64,000 bases of DNA. It comes from Patellaria atrata CBS 101060 (taxonomy: Eukaryota). The translations under genes were made by a program, and so were the position numbers. Numbering within the stretch: the first letter of the stretch is position 1; every line of letters starts with the position of its first letter. Under the pieces are notes generated by a model. The model had not been told where the DNA came from. It did not search any database and saw only the letters and a program-made list of their open reading frames with translations. Shown here in pieces: positions 49,272 to 62,325 of the stretch. The DNA lies in NCBI GenBank assembly GCA_010093705.1, contig MU006091.1, forward strand, positions 1,612,001 through 1,676,000, written 5' to 3'.

Positions 49272-52200
49272 GGGGTTTTGGTGATGGGGTGGGGTAGGCT
49301 CGAGGAGGTGTGGGATGGTGAGGATGGGTCTGGACAGGTTCGATGGGTCAGAGGGAATTTGAGTGAGTGGTGGCAACGAAACGGACGCTGTGGATGTTGA
49401 ATATATTTGTGTGGATCTAGCTCGTGGGATTTTCTCCCCGTTGTTTTTGGTGACATGAGTTCGTTCCTTTATCGTCAAGTTGAAGAACCGTGGTATGCAG
49501 CCTTAGGTTGCGGGTGAGCGACGGTTCAAAGTAGGGTAGGCTTCTCTGGTATATGTCGGTGGAAAGCTGAGGGTGGGATATCGTAATTATGAGTACTCCA
49601 ATAGAAGTACTGCAAATAGGAGAAAAACCAGGTGGACCACTACAAACATAAGTACTACTCTCTTAGATACTCTACCTAGTAAGTACCATCGTTAATGGTG
49701 CACCTATTGGTAGTACTCATACTAGCGGTGCTAAGTGAAAGTGAAGATAACCCAAAGTTCAAACAGTTTACTCTAGACGCGTACTACTGAAAGGATAGTT
49801 TTGGCTTGGTAATTTTTTTTTTTTTCCGTTTCATGAGAGCAAACAGTGTTGCTACCCTTCGATCACGAGCGATAGGGGTTGTAGACAAAGCTACGTGGGA
49901 GTAACCGATTCATCCAGTGATATAGATGAATATCTACAAAAGTCGAAGGGATATTCGGACTTATATCGAATCTGTCGAATTTTGATATCAAGATCATCTG
50001 GAACGGAAATGTAGACACTTAGGGCCGCGGCCCCCCCCCCCCCCCCCCAAATCCCCGAAAGCGAAAGTTCAATCTGAGAATGAGAGCGTCCTTATGTTCT
50101 TATCCGGGAATGTCGCAGAGATCGGAGCCTCTATTGAGAATGATTTTAGAGTTGGGGCACATTGGACGGGATTTCCATTGCGGAGAGCAGCGAAATAAAT
50201 CACAAATCCCGATGGAATCGGGACGGCCATGAATATTTCATAGTATCAAAGGAGAGAGCTACGACGGGATAATTGTTCCGAGAAGATCGACTTCCGGATC
50301 TCGCGATGGAGCTTCATAAGGTAATTTTGCGCAGTGGGTAAGATAGCCTGAAGACTTTCCATCACACCGTGTAATTGCCTTTGGATCCCTCTCATAGAAA
50401 TGAGATGGGTTAGATAGGAATTCTTTGCGGGGATAAATGGATGCTGGCCAAACAGTCGATAAGGCATGGTTGGTTAATTGATATCCGATATCAATAGGTC
50501 GTGTGTATATCGGATGCATATTTTTTGAAATGCATCGTGTTACTCAGAATGACGCTAGAATTGGAATGGCGGCATTTATAGTCTGCTGAGTATCCAAGGG
50601 GGGCGGAAGTGGATCTCCATATGTTATTTCAGAAGGTCTTTTCGTGGTATGTAACGCATCCGTCTTCGGTATGTGACTTGTTCATTGCCTATGCAGATAA
50701 CGCATACTGGGTGGTTAGCACGATGGGACAGATACAGTCACAGCTATCTACCGCAATTCTTTTTACCCGCTGGGCTTCATGTTCTCCTCATCACCTTCGC
50801 TCTCTCGTTAAACATTCTCAACTTCATGAGCGATGTCCTTCCGTTTCCTTTGGGTGAGATCTCTTTGTGGATTTTGGGAGAAGGAGTTGCCTGGATGATG
50901 CACCACAAATACTGGCTTCAAGTACAGGTATGTAGTTCGGATAGGGTAATAGGATCGTGGTGCGATCGATGGACAGTTGGTCGATGAGCAAGTAAATTTT
51001 GACTTGAACTTGGTATGGAAGATGAGCAACGAAGGTAAGATGAGCAGACTCTTCCTTTAAATTGACGCTGGCGGTTGAGTGACTTCATGGATTATGCCAT
51101 ATTCGGTTCAAAGAGGCTCTGCAGGCATGTCCTGACGCTTTCCAGAAAGAGAAAGGGGCAATGAAGTGAGGTGGAGGGGGTTTGTACATTGGTTGAAGGA
51201 TTTTTAGAATTATCTTTTGACTATTAAGATATAGAAAATAAGAGCACTGTGAGGAACTTGATAATGAAGTAGTATGGTCCTGTGCTGAATTTATATCTGA
51301 TGGCGTATTATCTAATCTGCGCTAGAGTTTTAACGGCTAGTTAGTGATGGAGGTTTCGGCAACGCCAAGCTGGGGGAGGTTGACCCCTCGATGAGTTTTG
51401 TTTCACCCCCACACCATTATTGTGTATTTCTGGCGTAAAGTGAGACCAGATCCCCAAGGGCCAGATGGAGTTGGATCCAGATGGACGATAACTGAAGACG
51501 TCAGGAAGTCCCGATGAAACGGGTACTTGATTGTGTTTTGTCACACAAAAGTCTTTAACTTGTCTCATCATCTCAATGTGCTTTGCGAGTTGATTGAATG
51601 TCAAAAAGTGTTTGATCTTGTCTCACCCGAGGCGGACAAGAGTAGACGTAACAGTGCAGATGCAGAGCTGGCCTGCTTTGGGAAGCCCGAATTGTGGTGG
51701 AATTATTTAACGAAATATATAAGTCTATGATATAGGATGTTAATAATGGAGAATTCGGCATGGATACAAGTAAAGGTACAAGTATAATTAGTAGTAGGAG
51801 ATGAACTGGTTGGCTGGGTCTGCACGACCTGCAAGTGATGTGGTTGTATGGCCAGGTCCAAGGATAAAATCACCGTCAAATCTCGAAAAGAAAAAAAGAA
51901 AAAAAAAAAAAAAAAAGGGCACAAAAGGTCCAAACACGCCTTGTGGCTTATTCCGGGGCTTTCGTGCTAAGATCAAGGAAAGTTTTCCCCGTCCTCTGTA
52001 TGCGACGATCATTGCTGCAAAGATGACTTGCAATCTGTAGCAGGCTCGCTAACTTCGCTAAGTTGGCAAAACTTATTAGATGGCTAACTGCTGAGAACCG
52101 GTAAATGATGGTGATCAAAAGTCGAAGCTGGTCGATTACGATCAGTTTATGAGAGGGGAAAGGAGGAAGAGAAGGAGAAGGAGAAGATGGATCTGATGAT

Positions 52201-53865
52201 CTGAGCACGACAGTAGGCAAGCGAACGGATATAAACGTGGAATTTATCCACCTTCTGCATGCAAGCAAGCGGAGGACGAGTCTGACACACGGTAAACGTT
52301 TCGGAGAGAGGATGCGACTAAGACTGGGAGAGAATACACAACGAAGTAGTAGGTAGGCTGTGCAAGGCCAGAGTTATGCTGTAATAATAAACCGTCCAAC
52401 TACTGCACCTCATTCTGGTTGAACGTAGAACTGGAACAGATGAAGATTCTTTTCGTTGGAAGGATGGCAAAAGAAGCAAAAGGGAAGGGACAAGGGACGG
52501 CCAAAGGAACTGCCAAAGGAACTTTTTCAGTTTTCTAAAGGAAAGGAAGGAAGACCCCGATGATCGAAGATGCCTGTAATACTCAAAAAGGTCACCAAGA
52601 AACTTTTTGAAATAAGCCCCCATCTCAAATACTCGACCAATCAGAATTCATCAAAGGATCGAAAAGATTGGAATTGTCTTTCAATCTGCGGGTCAGCGCA
52701 TGCTACTGGGCTCACGCTAAACCGTGAGTGTTTAACAAGGCACAAGAAGGCGGGATACTGCCGCCCAAAGAGCGCAACCGTTGCTGGATTTCGTGGAATT
52801 CCCTGTGTCCCGGCTCTTAAGGCTCAGAGCTAGAGCTCCTTTTGGTCTTGACTTTTCGTTATTAGTCTCGCTAGAGGGTTTTCGTACTTTCAACTTGGAC
52901 CTTGCACCTTGCACCTTGCACCTTACCTTAGTTACCTTGCTGTGAATCGTTCTTTCTTCGCTGCTTCTCGTATCCTTCCTCCTTCATTCTTCCCCCTCAA
53001 AACCATCAAATTCGATCAAACCGGCCAATTCACGACGCCTTCTCTTGCTCGTGGAAGCTCTTGGATTTGACAGCCGTCAACCTTTCAAAACTTACACCAC
53101 TTTTTCAACCACACCCGTCATTCTTGCTGATTCGCTCATTTACAACCTCGCCTCCACGCCTTCTTCTCTTCAACTTACCAACCCTACGCCACGTCAACCA
53201 GAAGTTCGAATCGAAAACCCAAGGATCAAATCGAGAAGATAGCTGTTCGAACGGCTTCCGTTATCTCAGTCAACTGTCATCTTCCGCTACGCATCCAGTC
53301 CAGTTGTCAACCAAGCAAGGCCCTGTCGCAACGCTCTTTTTGACCCGAACAAGTCGGAAAGTTCATCATCGCATCTTTAGGCAACGGGCAACGGGAAACG
53401 GGGAAACGCAAAAGGCAATCTCGAAGAAATCGTAGTTTCTCCTAGCAAAGAACAAAACGCTCCAGCGGTTTCAGCTGGGTACATCAGCCAGGGTTGTGTG
53501 GGCGTCACACCAAATCCGCAAGTTACAGAAACAGGCGCTGCACATCCACACAACATCCATTCCACCACCTTCAGTCAGGGCTCCGGGCCCAAGTTCAAAG
53601 CAGAGACTAAAGATCGGCTCGTTGATGCGGCTGCACCTCCCGCAAAGGCTGCTTAACTTGGCTCGTGCGTCCACGCTACCAACCCTTTCAACTTTTGACC
53701 TTTAACCTCGACAACGCTAAGCTCTATTCGGTCCATACCCCAAACACCATCTATTTGTGGTTGACTCCAGACGTCGGATAGATCAATTTTCAACTCGACC
53801 ACACGTGTAAGGACGAGTAGCCTTTCCATTACAACCTGTTCCTTGTATCCTGGTTCGCCATAGTC

Positions 53866-53965
53866 NNNNNNNNNNNNNNNNNNNNNNNNNNNNNNNNNNN
53901 NNNNNNNNNNNNNNNNNNNNNNNNNNNNNNNNNNNNNNNNNNNNNNNNNNNNNNNNNNNNNNNNN
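53866..53965. other. Assembly gap (100 N)
   Basis: Run of n. Confidence 0.99.
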
Positions 53966-54094
53966 TTTCCCGCACTTCACATTGGCTTCCGTAAGAATAT
54001 CTCTTGCGACAACACTGGCTAATCAACTTCACATCATCACCTTGGGGAACCGGAGGGGTATCTGCACCATATGTAACGCCGACCTTCAGTTGCG

Positions 54095-57000
54095 ATGTCT
54101 TCACGCTCTCAACAATTTCCAGCATCGCGGCCGCCGCGAGAACGTTCTCCGCCAAGGCAGCATCCTTTTTCCGATAGACGTCCCTCTGGTCCCCAAGGTG
54201 ATAGTTATCCCTCTGGTGGAGACTCTTATAGAGGTAGTAGATACCATCAAGATTCCTCTTCAAGCATAGATAGAGCTGTACCTCCAAGTGGACCGAGGGC
54301 ACAAGCAGACACCTTCCGATCCTCTGGTGTTGGCTCATCTTTGCCCTCCGGTCCGCGGGGATCTAATTACCCATCGCGTGTAGAAGTTCGCGATTTTAGG
54401 AACGCACCGCCGCTGTCTGATACGCGCGATAGACAATGGAGAGACCGTGACCGCGATCGTGATTTTGATCGTAGGCGTAATTCTCCCCCAAGAAGATCTC
54501 CTTCACGCCTCCCCCGTGAGTTAGACATTGGTAGGGCTAGACGGGATTCACGAGATGGACCGCCTTCTGCCGGCTCGACATACTCTGATCCTCCACCCAA
54601 TTCCCTTGCCCCTCACGGGCGAGGCGGATTTAGAGGAGGTCGAGGTCGAGGGGGTGGTGACTGGGATCGCGGGCGCGATCATTATGATAACCGAAATAGT
54701 TTTCGTCCCCGAAGTAGATCTCCAAGACCACGTTGGGAAAAGGAAACCATTCGTGATGAACGTGACATAGATCGTCGAGAAGACAGTCGATTTGATCGTC
54801 GAGACGATGATCGAAGAACATGGAGGGATGAACGGGATCGAGAAAGAGAGAGGGAACGGGAAACTGATCGATTTAAGCGGGAATCTGGTCCGCTACCTCG
54901 AACTGACACTTGGCATCCACCGGGAGCGTCTGACCAGCGGCATGTCGGTGGAACATCTACGGGACAATCAACACCGACTTCGACCGTACCTCAATCTAAT
55001 CAAACGCACTGGGAATCCAATCGAGATCTAACCACCTCGAGACGAGCATCGATCGCTCCCCCGGTATCAAGCACGAAAGACCCGCGGAGGGAGTCAGACA
55101 AGCCTGATTTAATACTTAGACGAGCAGATCCTACGCGAGATCGGTACACTGGTCCCGCCCCGTCCCCACCACCGCAAGCGCCCCAGGTACCAGCATTTGG
55201 CTCTGTTTCCATAAGGCCTCCCAACCCTGGCGCCCCGACTTCGAATGTATGGAGGGCTCCTCACGTCGAATCTAAACCTACCGTCCCCGCTGCATCTACA
55301 GTCTCTCAACTAGGTAATAAGGGACCGCCAACCGCTCCGAAAGCACAACTGGCAGCAACACCACCTACCGGTCCGAAAGCGGAGCGTGTCCCTGATAGAC
55401 CAAGTTCAGATCAAAAACAGCTCAAGTCCAACGTAGAAGAGGGCAAGACAAAAGATGTCTTTTCTATCCCTACCGCTGTGGCTTCAGCTCCTGTGGCAAG
55501 CAGACAGACGATTGTTGCACCACCACCACCACCACCACCACCACCACCACCAATCTCACCGAAAGTGTCACAATCTATCGAACCGCCAACAGGACCAGCT
55601 GCGATGACAAGATTACCCCCTTCTGGCCCTGCTAATGTCCCCCCTATAGGTCCAAGATCCCATGTGTCTCCTCAGCCTTTCGGTAAGATCCAGCAGTCAT
55701 CTGCGATTGAACGCGATATTCCCGCTACAACCGTCCCAACAGGGCCAAGGATGAGTAATATCTTCAGCACTTCTCCTAAGAGCTTAGGTGCAAATATACC
55801 CACGGGCCCAAAGGCAGAAAGAGCTCCTCAGATACCCTCTCGTTCTGCCATGTTAGCTGGTTATGAAAGGCCCCCACCTGTTGCACCACGGCAACCTGTA
55901 AGAAGTAATCAATGGATTCGTCCTGGTGCACCTTCTTATAATAGGAACTTACCAATCATCCCCGCTAAGAGAGATTTCAGTGGTGAGGAAAAGCCCCCGA
56001 GTATACCCATTTCGCCGAAAGCGCACAACACTGCGCACACGCAGGTATCACACTCACTTGAAGCGCCACAAAAGAACACCACGCAAGAGTCTATATCCTC
56101 GGAATATGATATTGCCAAACGTCGACAGTCTATGCCCACCATTTCCAGCATCTCCATCCCTCAACCAGATGACACGGTGGCTCAAAAGGATGACGAGGCT
56201 ATGTCTGATATCGTAAAATTCAGGAAGGAGAGTCATACGAGTACAACCATTGCTTCCGATGCACCTAAACCAGCGGATGATGGTAGCGCGGACGAGGACA
56301 CCATGGATCTTGATGAAGATGACTTCGCTGAGATCGAAGCTAGATTCAGTCGGGAGAAAGCACGCTTAGAGTCCCGAAAGACGGATTTGAGTTCAAGACA
56401 TCTTCGTGCCACTACACCGCTTGAGCAGTTGAGCATGCTTGCATATATTGAAGCATATGACCTCCCAACTCTTACATCGCCAGTAGAATCAAACCATCCA
56501 GCAGCGATACGCGTACCGCAGGATACTGACATGGCTGGTACGGAAATAGTGACGCCGAAAATTGAGGAGGCGGAAGACGTGATAATGGAGGATAACCTCA
56601 CAATCCATCAGGACTCAGTCGACCGCGACTCCACCCCAGGTTTGGAAACTTTACCTTTCCTAGCCAAAGGCCCTCCCACTCCGGTGTCAGACCTAGATCA
56701 AGAGAATGCCGCCAGAAGAGAAGCGATGAGAGAGGCGATGACCGCGAAGCTTGCACAGATGCAGGAACGAGAATCAACAGTTCACGACGATATGCGATCG
56801 GCGTATGCGCAGTCATACCGTGAATGGCGTATGCAGGCGTTACTGTTAGATCAAGAGAGGATGGCTGAGAAAGAGAGACAACAATCGCTAGAGCCGGTGC
56901 CGGCAGTAAGTAGTGAAATTGTTGCGACACCGGCGGTTACTCCTGCGGCGGAGGGTAGACGTTCTCATAAATTCAGCAGCGAATACGAACTTAACCTCGC

Positions 57001-60000
57001 GATGGAACAGTCTAAACGAGAGCATGAAGAAATGCAGGCCAAGAAAGATCTGGAGTCCAAGCAAGCTCAGGCTGATTTCGAAAGAGAAGCGGTTATACTT
57101 GCGCTTTTCGAAGAAAATGACGCAGCAAAGCGAAAGTTTATCGATACAAACCATCTTCGCGAGCCTGGCTCGGGCTTGAATGTCTTTGAATACGAACCAC
57201 CCAAAGATGTGCTGACAGAGGAAGAACACAAGGCATTTGTCCAGGCTTATGCAGCATATCCCAAGTTATTCGGCAAAATGGCAGAGCAGTTACCCGGTCG
57301 AAGCTACAAGGAGTGCATCGTTCACTACTACTCCACAAAGTGGAATAATGAGTACAAGAATGTGATGAAATCACGCAAAGGTAAGGGTAGAGGGAAGGGC
57401 GCGCGTCTTGGGAGAGGTCGATCTACAGCTATTGCTGCCGATGTCAAAACTGGTGCAGAGTTTGAAGAGCTCAACGGACAGACCTTGGCAGTTACTGATA
57501 GTGGTCGTCCCCGAAGAGCTGCTGCGCCAACTTTTGGAGAGAAAGACTCTGAGGTCGAGCAGAACACTCCTTTACCAACTCCTGGCAGAGTGCGGGAGAA
57601 CGGACAGGAGAAACCGAAACGTGGCAAAGGTGTTAAAGAAAAGAGTACTAGGAAAGGGAAAGCGCAACCTCTCGCAGCGGCTCCCACAGCTTCCCCACAG
57701 AAAGTTGACAAGCCCAGGAAAGAGACGACACAACCAACAATCAAGACCGAAGAACCTCTCAGAGCTCTTCCGCGAACGAACGAAGAATCTGCGTTGCTTA
57801 GTAACCTTCATGTTGTCCGCGCAGTTGAACGACAGTCTTACTTTCCCGAAGAACCCATTCAACAAGTACAGCCGATTTCAACTCTTTCGGAACGTCCGAA
57901 GTCCAGTATGGCTCCTCAACGAGCCAGTGCATCAAGTTATTGGTCTGTGCAAGAGCAGACGGATTTCCGTAAGAATGTGGCTCATTTTGGGACCGACTAC
58001 CCTGCAATTGCTAGTCATATGGGTACTAAGACCGCAACGATGGTGAGTATACTCTATGGCGCCTTTTTATATGAGGGTGATGATTTCACGGTTTTTATTT
58101 CCTATACTGATAACTCATTTTTGTAGGTCAAGAATCACTATCAGCGCCTGAAGGAAAGCGGCAACGAGCCCGAAGTCGTCAGACTAGCCGAACTAGCAGA
58201 CGAGAGAAGACGAAATGGAGAAGACATGGGACCACCTCCTGCGCCAACACAGCCGGTGAAGCGTCGCTATGATACCACCCAGACCGCAGCACCTCGTCCT
58301 CTTGCTCCTAATCCTGAAGTGGTGGTTGATGTTGAGAATCCTCCTGCGACTCAGCAAAGCCCACGGAACGCATCGTCGCCTCCTCAATACTCGGCGTCAC
58401 GGCTTCCAACTCTGGCTCAAGCTGGTCCAGCACCAATCCAAGGACGAATTGAACAGGCTCAATCTCAACCACCTTCTCGTCCCGAGCCTCACCAGCAGCC
58501 CATGGTATCACAACATCATCGGTCTCAGCAGAATCCACCAGGACCTCGTTTAGGTTTCTTCACTGATGAACGGCCGGAGAGTCGACCTCACATCCACGGT
58601 ACTCAACCCACCCAACAACCCGTACGTCAGTCGATTCAAGCTACGGAACCTGCCCAGAGACCGTCGCAACACCAGCGTAGTCCCAGTCAACGTGGGAGCA
58701 AAGACAATAACTACAGGCCACTGTTCATGCATCACCATCGTGAGGATTCCGGTTCTAATAGATTCTCGCATGTATCCCAGGAACGTCTCTCGCAAGGACT
58801 TCAGCATGCTCCTACTGTTCAACAAAGACCTCAGCAGCCTTCATCCACGTTTCAGGCCCGACCGTCTATGGCTGCAGAGACAGTCGTTCCGACCGAACAC
58901 CGTCAACCGGCATCAGAACAAGCGAGTATTCAACCACGACAATCCCAATCCAGTCTTCGCCACTTGATGGAGGCCTCTGCTCAGACTGTGCAAACGCCAC
59001 CATCTCTTCATAACACTCCGAGACAAGTCCTGGCGGCCTCTCCGCCCAATGAGGAGATTCGTTCATTCCCCCCGCCTCCAGTCCAAGTACAGCAACAACC
59101 CCAGCCGCAGCAGACACCCTTACCATCCTTAGCCGCCACAAGCTCGTTGCAACCTACGCCTAACCCAACCCCTCGTCCTCCAGAACCCAGGAAGACTTCA
59201 AATCTTGCTTCATTGCTCAACGCTGAGCCCGAAGATCCGATACCAAAGAAACGATATCCAGAGCCAGCTCAACCTCAAGCCAATCCTTCATCTTTGCATA
59301 AGGAGAGCTCTACACCTACTCAGGCGCAACCCCCTCAAGGGCTTCGTTACGATGATCAGTACTATCATGACCAACGTAGTTTGCAAAGCCAGTCATACTC
59401 CCGACCTTCTTACACACCTCATGCGCACCAACAGCAACCCCACCAGCAACATCAACAGTTGTCCGCCCAACATACTTCTCGCCCTGATCTGCCCACCCGC
59501 GAGCACGCCATTCAGCATCCACCTCCCATGCGTGATCCATGGCAACCACATCGGTCGTTCTCCCAGCCAAATGCTCCCCAATCAAGTTCTCCTCATCCAC
59601 AGCAGGCGCAGTCAGCATTTCCTCGGGACTCTAGACCAGTAGTATTCGATCATCGTGTGAGTATCCTCGGATCTCTAAATACTCAGCCGCGCCATAATCC
59701 ATCCCCTCCACCAGCGCATAGCTATTCTCATTCCAGGACCAACTCCTACTCTCAACAGCCTCCTCAACATCATCCGCCGCAGCATCCAGCCCAGCATCCG
59801 GCCCAACGTCCACCTACTCATCCCCCACCTGGTGAACCGGCAGAGCATGTCTTGGCGCCAAATCCTTATGCACAGCTTCAACCTCCGACTCAACAATCAT
59901 CACAAGCGCATGCACATTTACAAGGTCGTGTCCCGCAGAGTGAATCGGCATATGGATCAAGTCAAAATCATCCATATGCATCTACACCTTCGCATGACCC

Positions 60001-60493
60001 ACCAGTTCGCGGTGTGGCCAGTGTTCTGACAATGGAACGTGAGCGGCCACGGATCATAGATGCAGAGCGCAGTGGTGAGCGAGAGAGCTTGGATATGCTC
60101 AGACGCGATCGTGAGCGAGAACCTTTGCGCTTTGGACAACATACCCCACAACCTCCACTTCACGAACATCAGGGAATATATCCTCCACCAAACGATCGTC
60201 ATACACCCTTGTCGCGCGGTATTGGTCACCCTCCGCCACCACCTCCAGGGCATGAGCGCGAGCATAGACCTATGGATCCTAGAGAGCATATGCTAAGACA
60301 TCAACACGACGATAGGGCAGTCAGGGATGCGAGAGAGCGCAGTCAGAGGGAAAGAGAGCAAATATTTGCGAGGGAGGATGAATTGAGGAGGCTTCACGAG
60401 CAGCGCATTATGCTGGACAGAGAGAGAGAAAGACAGGAACAAGATCAGAGGTTCAGGGATCAGATGATGAGAGAAGGCGCGTACAGGAGATGA
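54095..60493 (+). CDS. SNT1: Large SANT/Myb-domain protein, Snt1/N-CoR-like (Set3 HDAC complex subunit), about 2100 aa
   Basis: Two SANT domains (LTEEEHKAFVQAYAAYPKLFGKMA...ECIVHYY and SSYWSVQEQTDF...FGTDYPAIASHMGTKTATMVKNHY). Intron 58043-58126 joins the two long ORFs in frame. Confidence 0.82.
55518..55552 (+). repeat. (CCA)n coding microsatellite encoding polyproline
   Basis: About 11 CCA units inside the SNT1-like ORF. Confidence 0.9.
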
Positions 60494-61541
60494 AACGCGC
60501 CGACTTCACGAAGATTATGATATTTCCTACGCCATGCTGAACTTTTCCACATTGACCCGGGATTTTAGCATTCGAGCCGAGCAAGCTCTCGCGCGATATG
60601 CTTTCCATGTTTGTATAATATCTGATTTTTCATTTTGGAGGAAGTTCTTGTGCCGAGATTAGCCTCGATGATGTTATGAGTGGATGGCTACCTGAAGGAG
60701 CATTTTCAGGTGTTTTTATGTTCCGACTTTCTTTTCGCTAACTCCTTTGCATTTTTGTGTGTGCTTTTTTTTTTCAAGCATTTGAGCGTGGGTTGGATGT
60801 CCAAGATACCAATTTTTGTACGATTAGTTTGGCTTTTCTTGTTTTTGGTCCTTTTTTTGCCTTTTCGAAATACAAAAAGAGGGGTGGAGTAGTTAGGTTG
60901 GATCGATGTCTGTTGGTTAGACATAGAGTTCATACGTAGCGAATAAACGTGTATAAAAGTTACCGGTCTTGCTACTTACTTTGATCTTGCGCTTTGGTGT
61001 AGGAATTGTTAGTTACCTTATATAAAGACCGTTAAACTCCAATATACCCCCTACCCTAACATCTCTGTTCGATAGCCGCACCGGACAAGATTGATATATT
61101 CCAGACACGGGGATACCCCAAATTTCCGACTACAGCATTTCACTTCAATACATCTAGCATCAGTCCCTCCCGTCTTGACCAGTACATCTTGAACCTCTGA
61201 CCGCGCCCCACCCCTCCCCCCCTCCAAAAAAAAATTTTTTAAAAAAAAAAAACCCCCCAAAACGAACACAGGGCTTGCTAGACCCGGACATCCACAATGT
61301 GTCCCCCCCTAGAAGAGAGATAAGGGGGAAAATAGAGGGGAAAGGAGGATGGTGAGAGAGTTGGAAACCTGGAAACTTGGGATTAGTACTGCTTGATCTG
61401 GCATTTGAGGTCGGTGTGGGACCCATGGTGTTGAGGTTGTTGTTCACGGGGATAGGAAGGGTGAGGGTGCGGTGTTTGCCGGTTATTAAGGGAGTCGAAA
61501 GGATGGTAAATTTTCACAAAGGCTAAGTCATTCAGCCGGGA

Positions 61542-61543
<2 letters not shown>

Positions 61544-61578
<35 letters not shown>
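61544..61578. repeat. Poly-G tract
   Basis: About 35 consecutive G. Confidence 0.85.
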
Positions 61579-61927
61579 CGGAGGTGTTTTCTGCTGGTGG
61601 CAAAATCTTCTGTATATGATATATGTGTTTAGGAGATACACCCTACTCCACCTATCCCCACCTATCCCTCATTCAAGCAAATAGACCTTCGACCTCGCCC
61701 CTCCTCCCAATCGCATGCTACCTTGCTACTCCCCGCGCCGTCCGCTGCGCCCCGGAGGACTCCATATGGAATTTATAGCGCGCGTCAGGAGCAGGAAGGG
61801 CGTGGACATGCATTACGGCACCATCATCACGAGGACGTTCGGGAACCGGTGGGAGGTGGAAGCATGAGGCGGAAAATGGGAGGGGAAATGGGGTTGTGGG
61901 TTGGGGCTGGAGAGTTGTTGTGCGTTC

Positions 61928-62325
61928 GTGTACATTTGGCTCACGTCTTGAGCCCACTGCGACATCATTCGCGACGGAAGAAACTGAACTAGCTGCTTGG
62001 GAGACGGAAGGAGAGATTGTAGGTGTGCGATTTGTACACTTTGAGGCTGAATTGCTTCGGTCAGGCGAACATTGTTGTTGTTAGTGGTAGGTTGTGGTTC
62101 TTAGGTTCTGTAGGATCTATCGGGGAAATAGTGGTAATGTAGGGAGAACATTTGGATTTCATTAGGAAGCTATGACTATGTACATGCGCCTCGTGACTTG
62201 AGCCACCATTCCATCATCAACGGTGGAAAAAATTGAACCACCCGTTTGGAAGGCGCGAGGAGATCATGAAGGTATACAATTTGTACACCTTCAAGCCGAA
62301 TTGCTTCAACCTGGCAAACATTGTT
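61928..62325. repeat. Diverged tandem duplication, about 145-bp unit, 249-bp period
   Basis: On the minus strand, aacaatgtt.gcc....gaagcaattc.gc.t.aa.gtgtacaaat...ggctcaag...atgtaca occurs twice, with ATGs at 62321 and 62072. Confidence 0.85.
62217..62321 (-). CDS. Candidate 34-aa small ORF in a spliced transcript (MFARLKQFGLKVYKLYTFMISSRLPNGWFNFFHR)
   Basis: TATATATA at 62600-62607, two canonical upstream introns (62542-62460 and 62404-62348, both GTGAGT...CTAAC...TAG), CAACA-ATG start context, and a colinear degenerate copy downstream. Confidence 0.4.
   Translation of the reverse strand: MFARLKQFGLKVYKLYTFMISSRLPNGWFNFFHR

Noticed and set aside
49590..49800. AGTACT/TA-rich patch suggestive of a RIP'd repeat
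   Set aside because: No termini, ORF or second copy in the window.
53783..54338. ORFs spanning the N run
   Set aside because: Artefacts of translating through the assembly gap.
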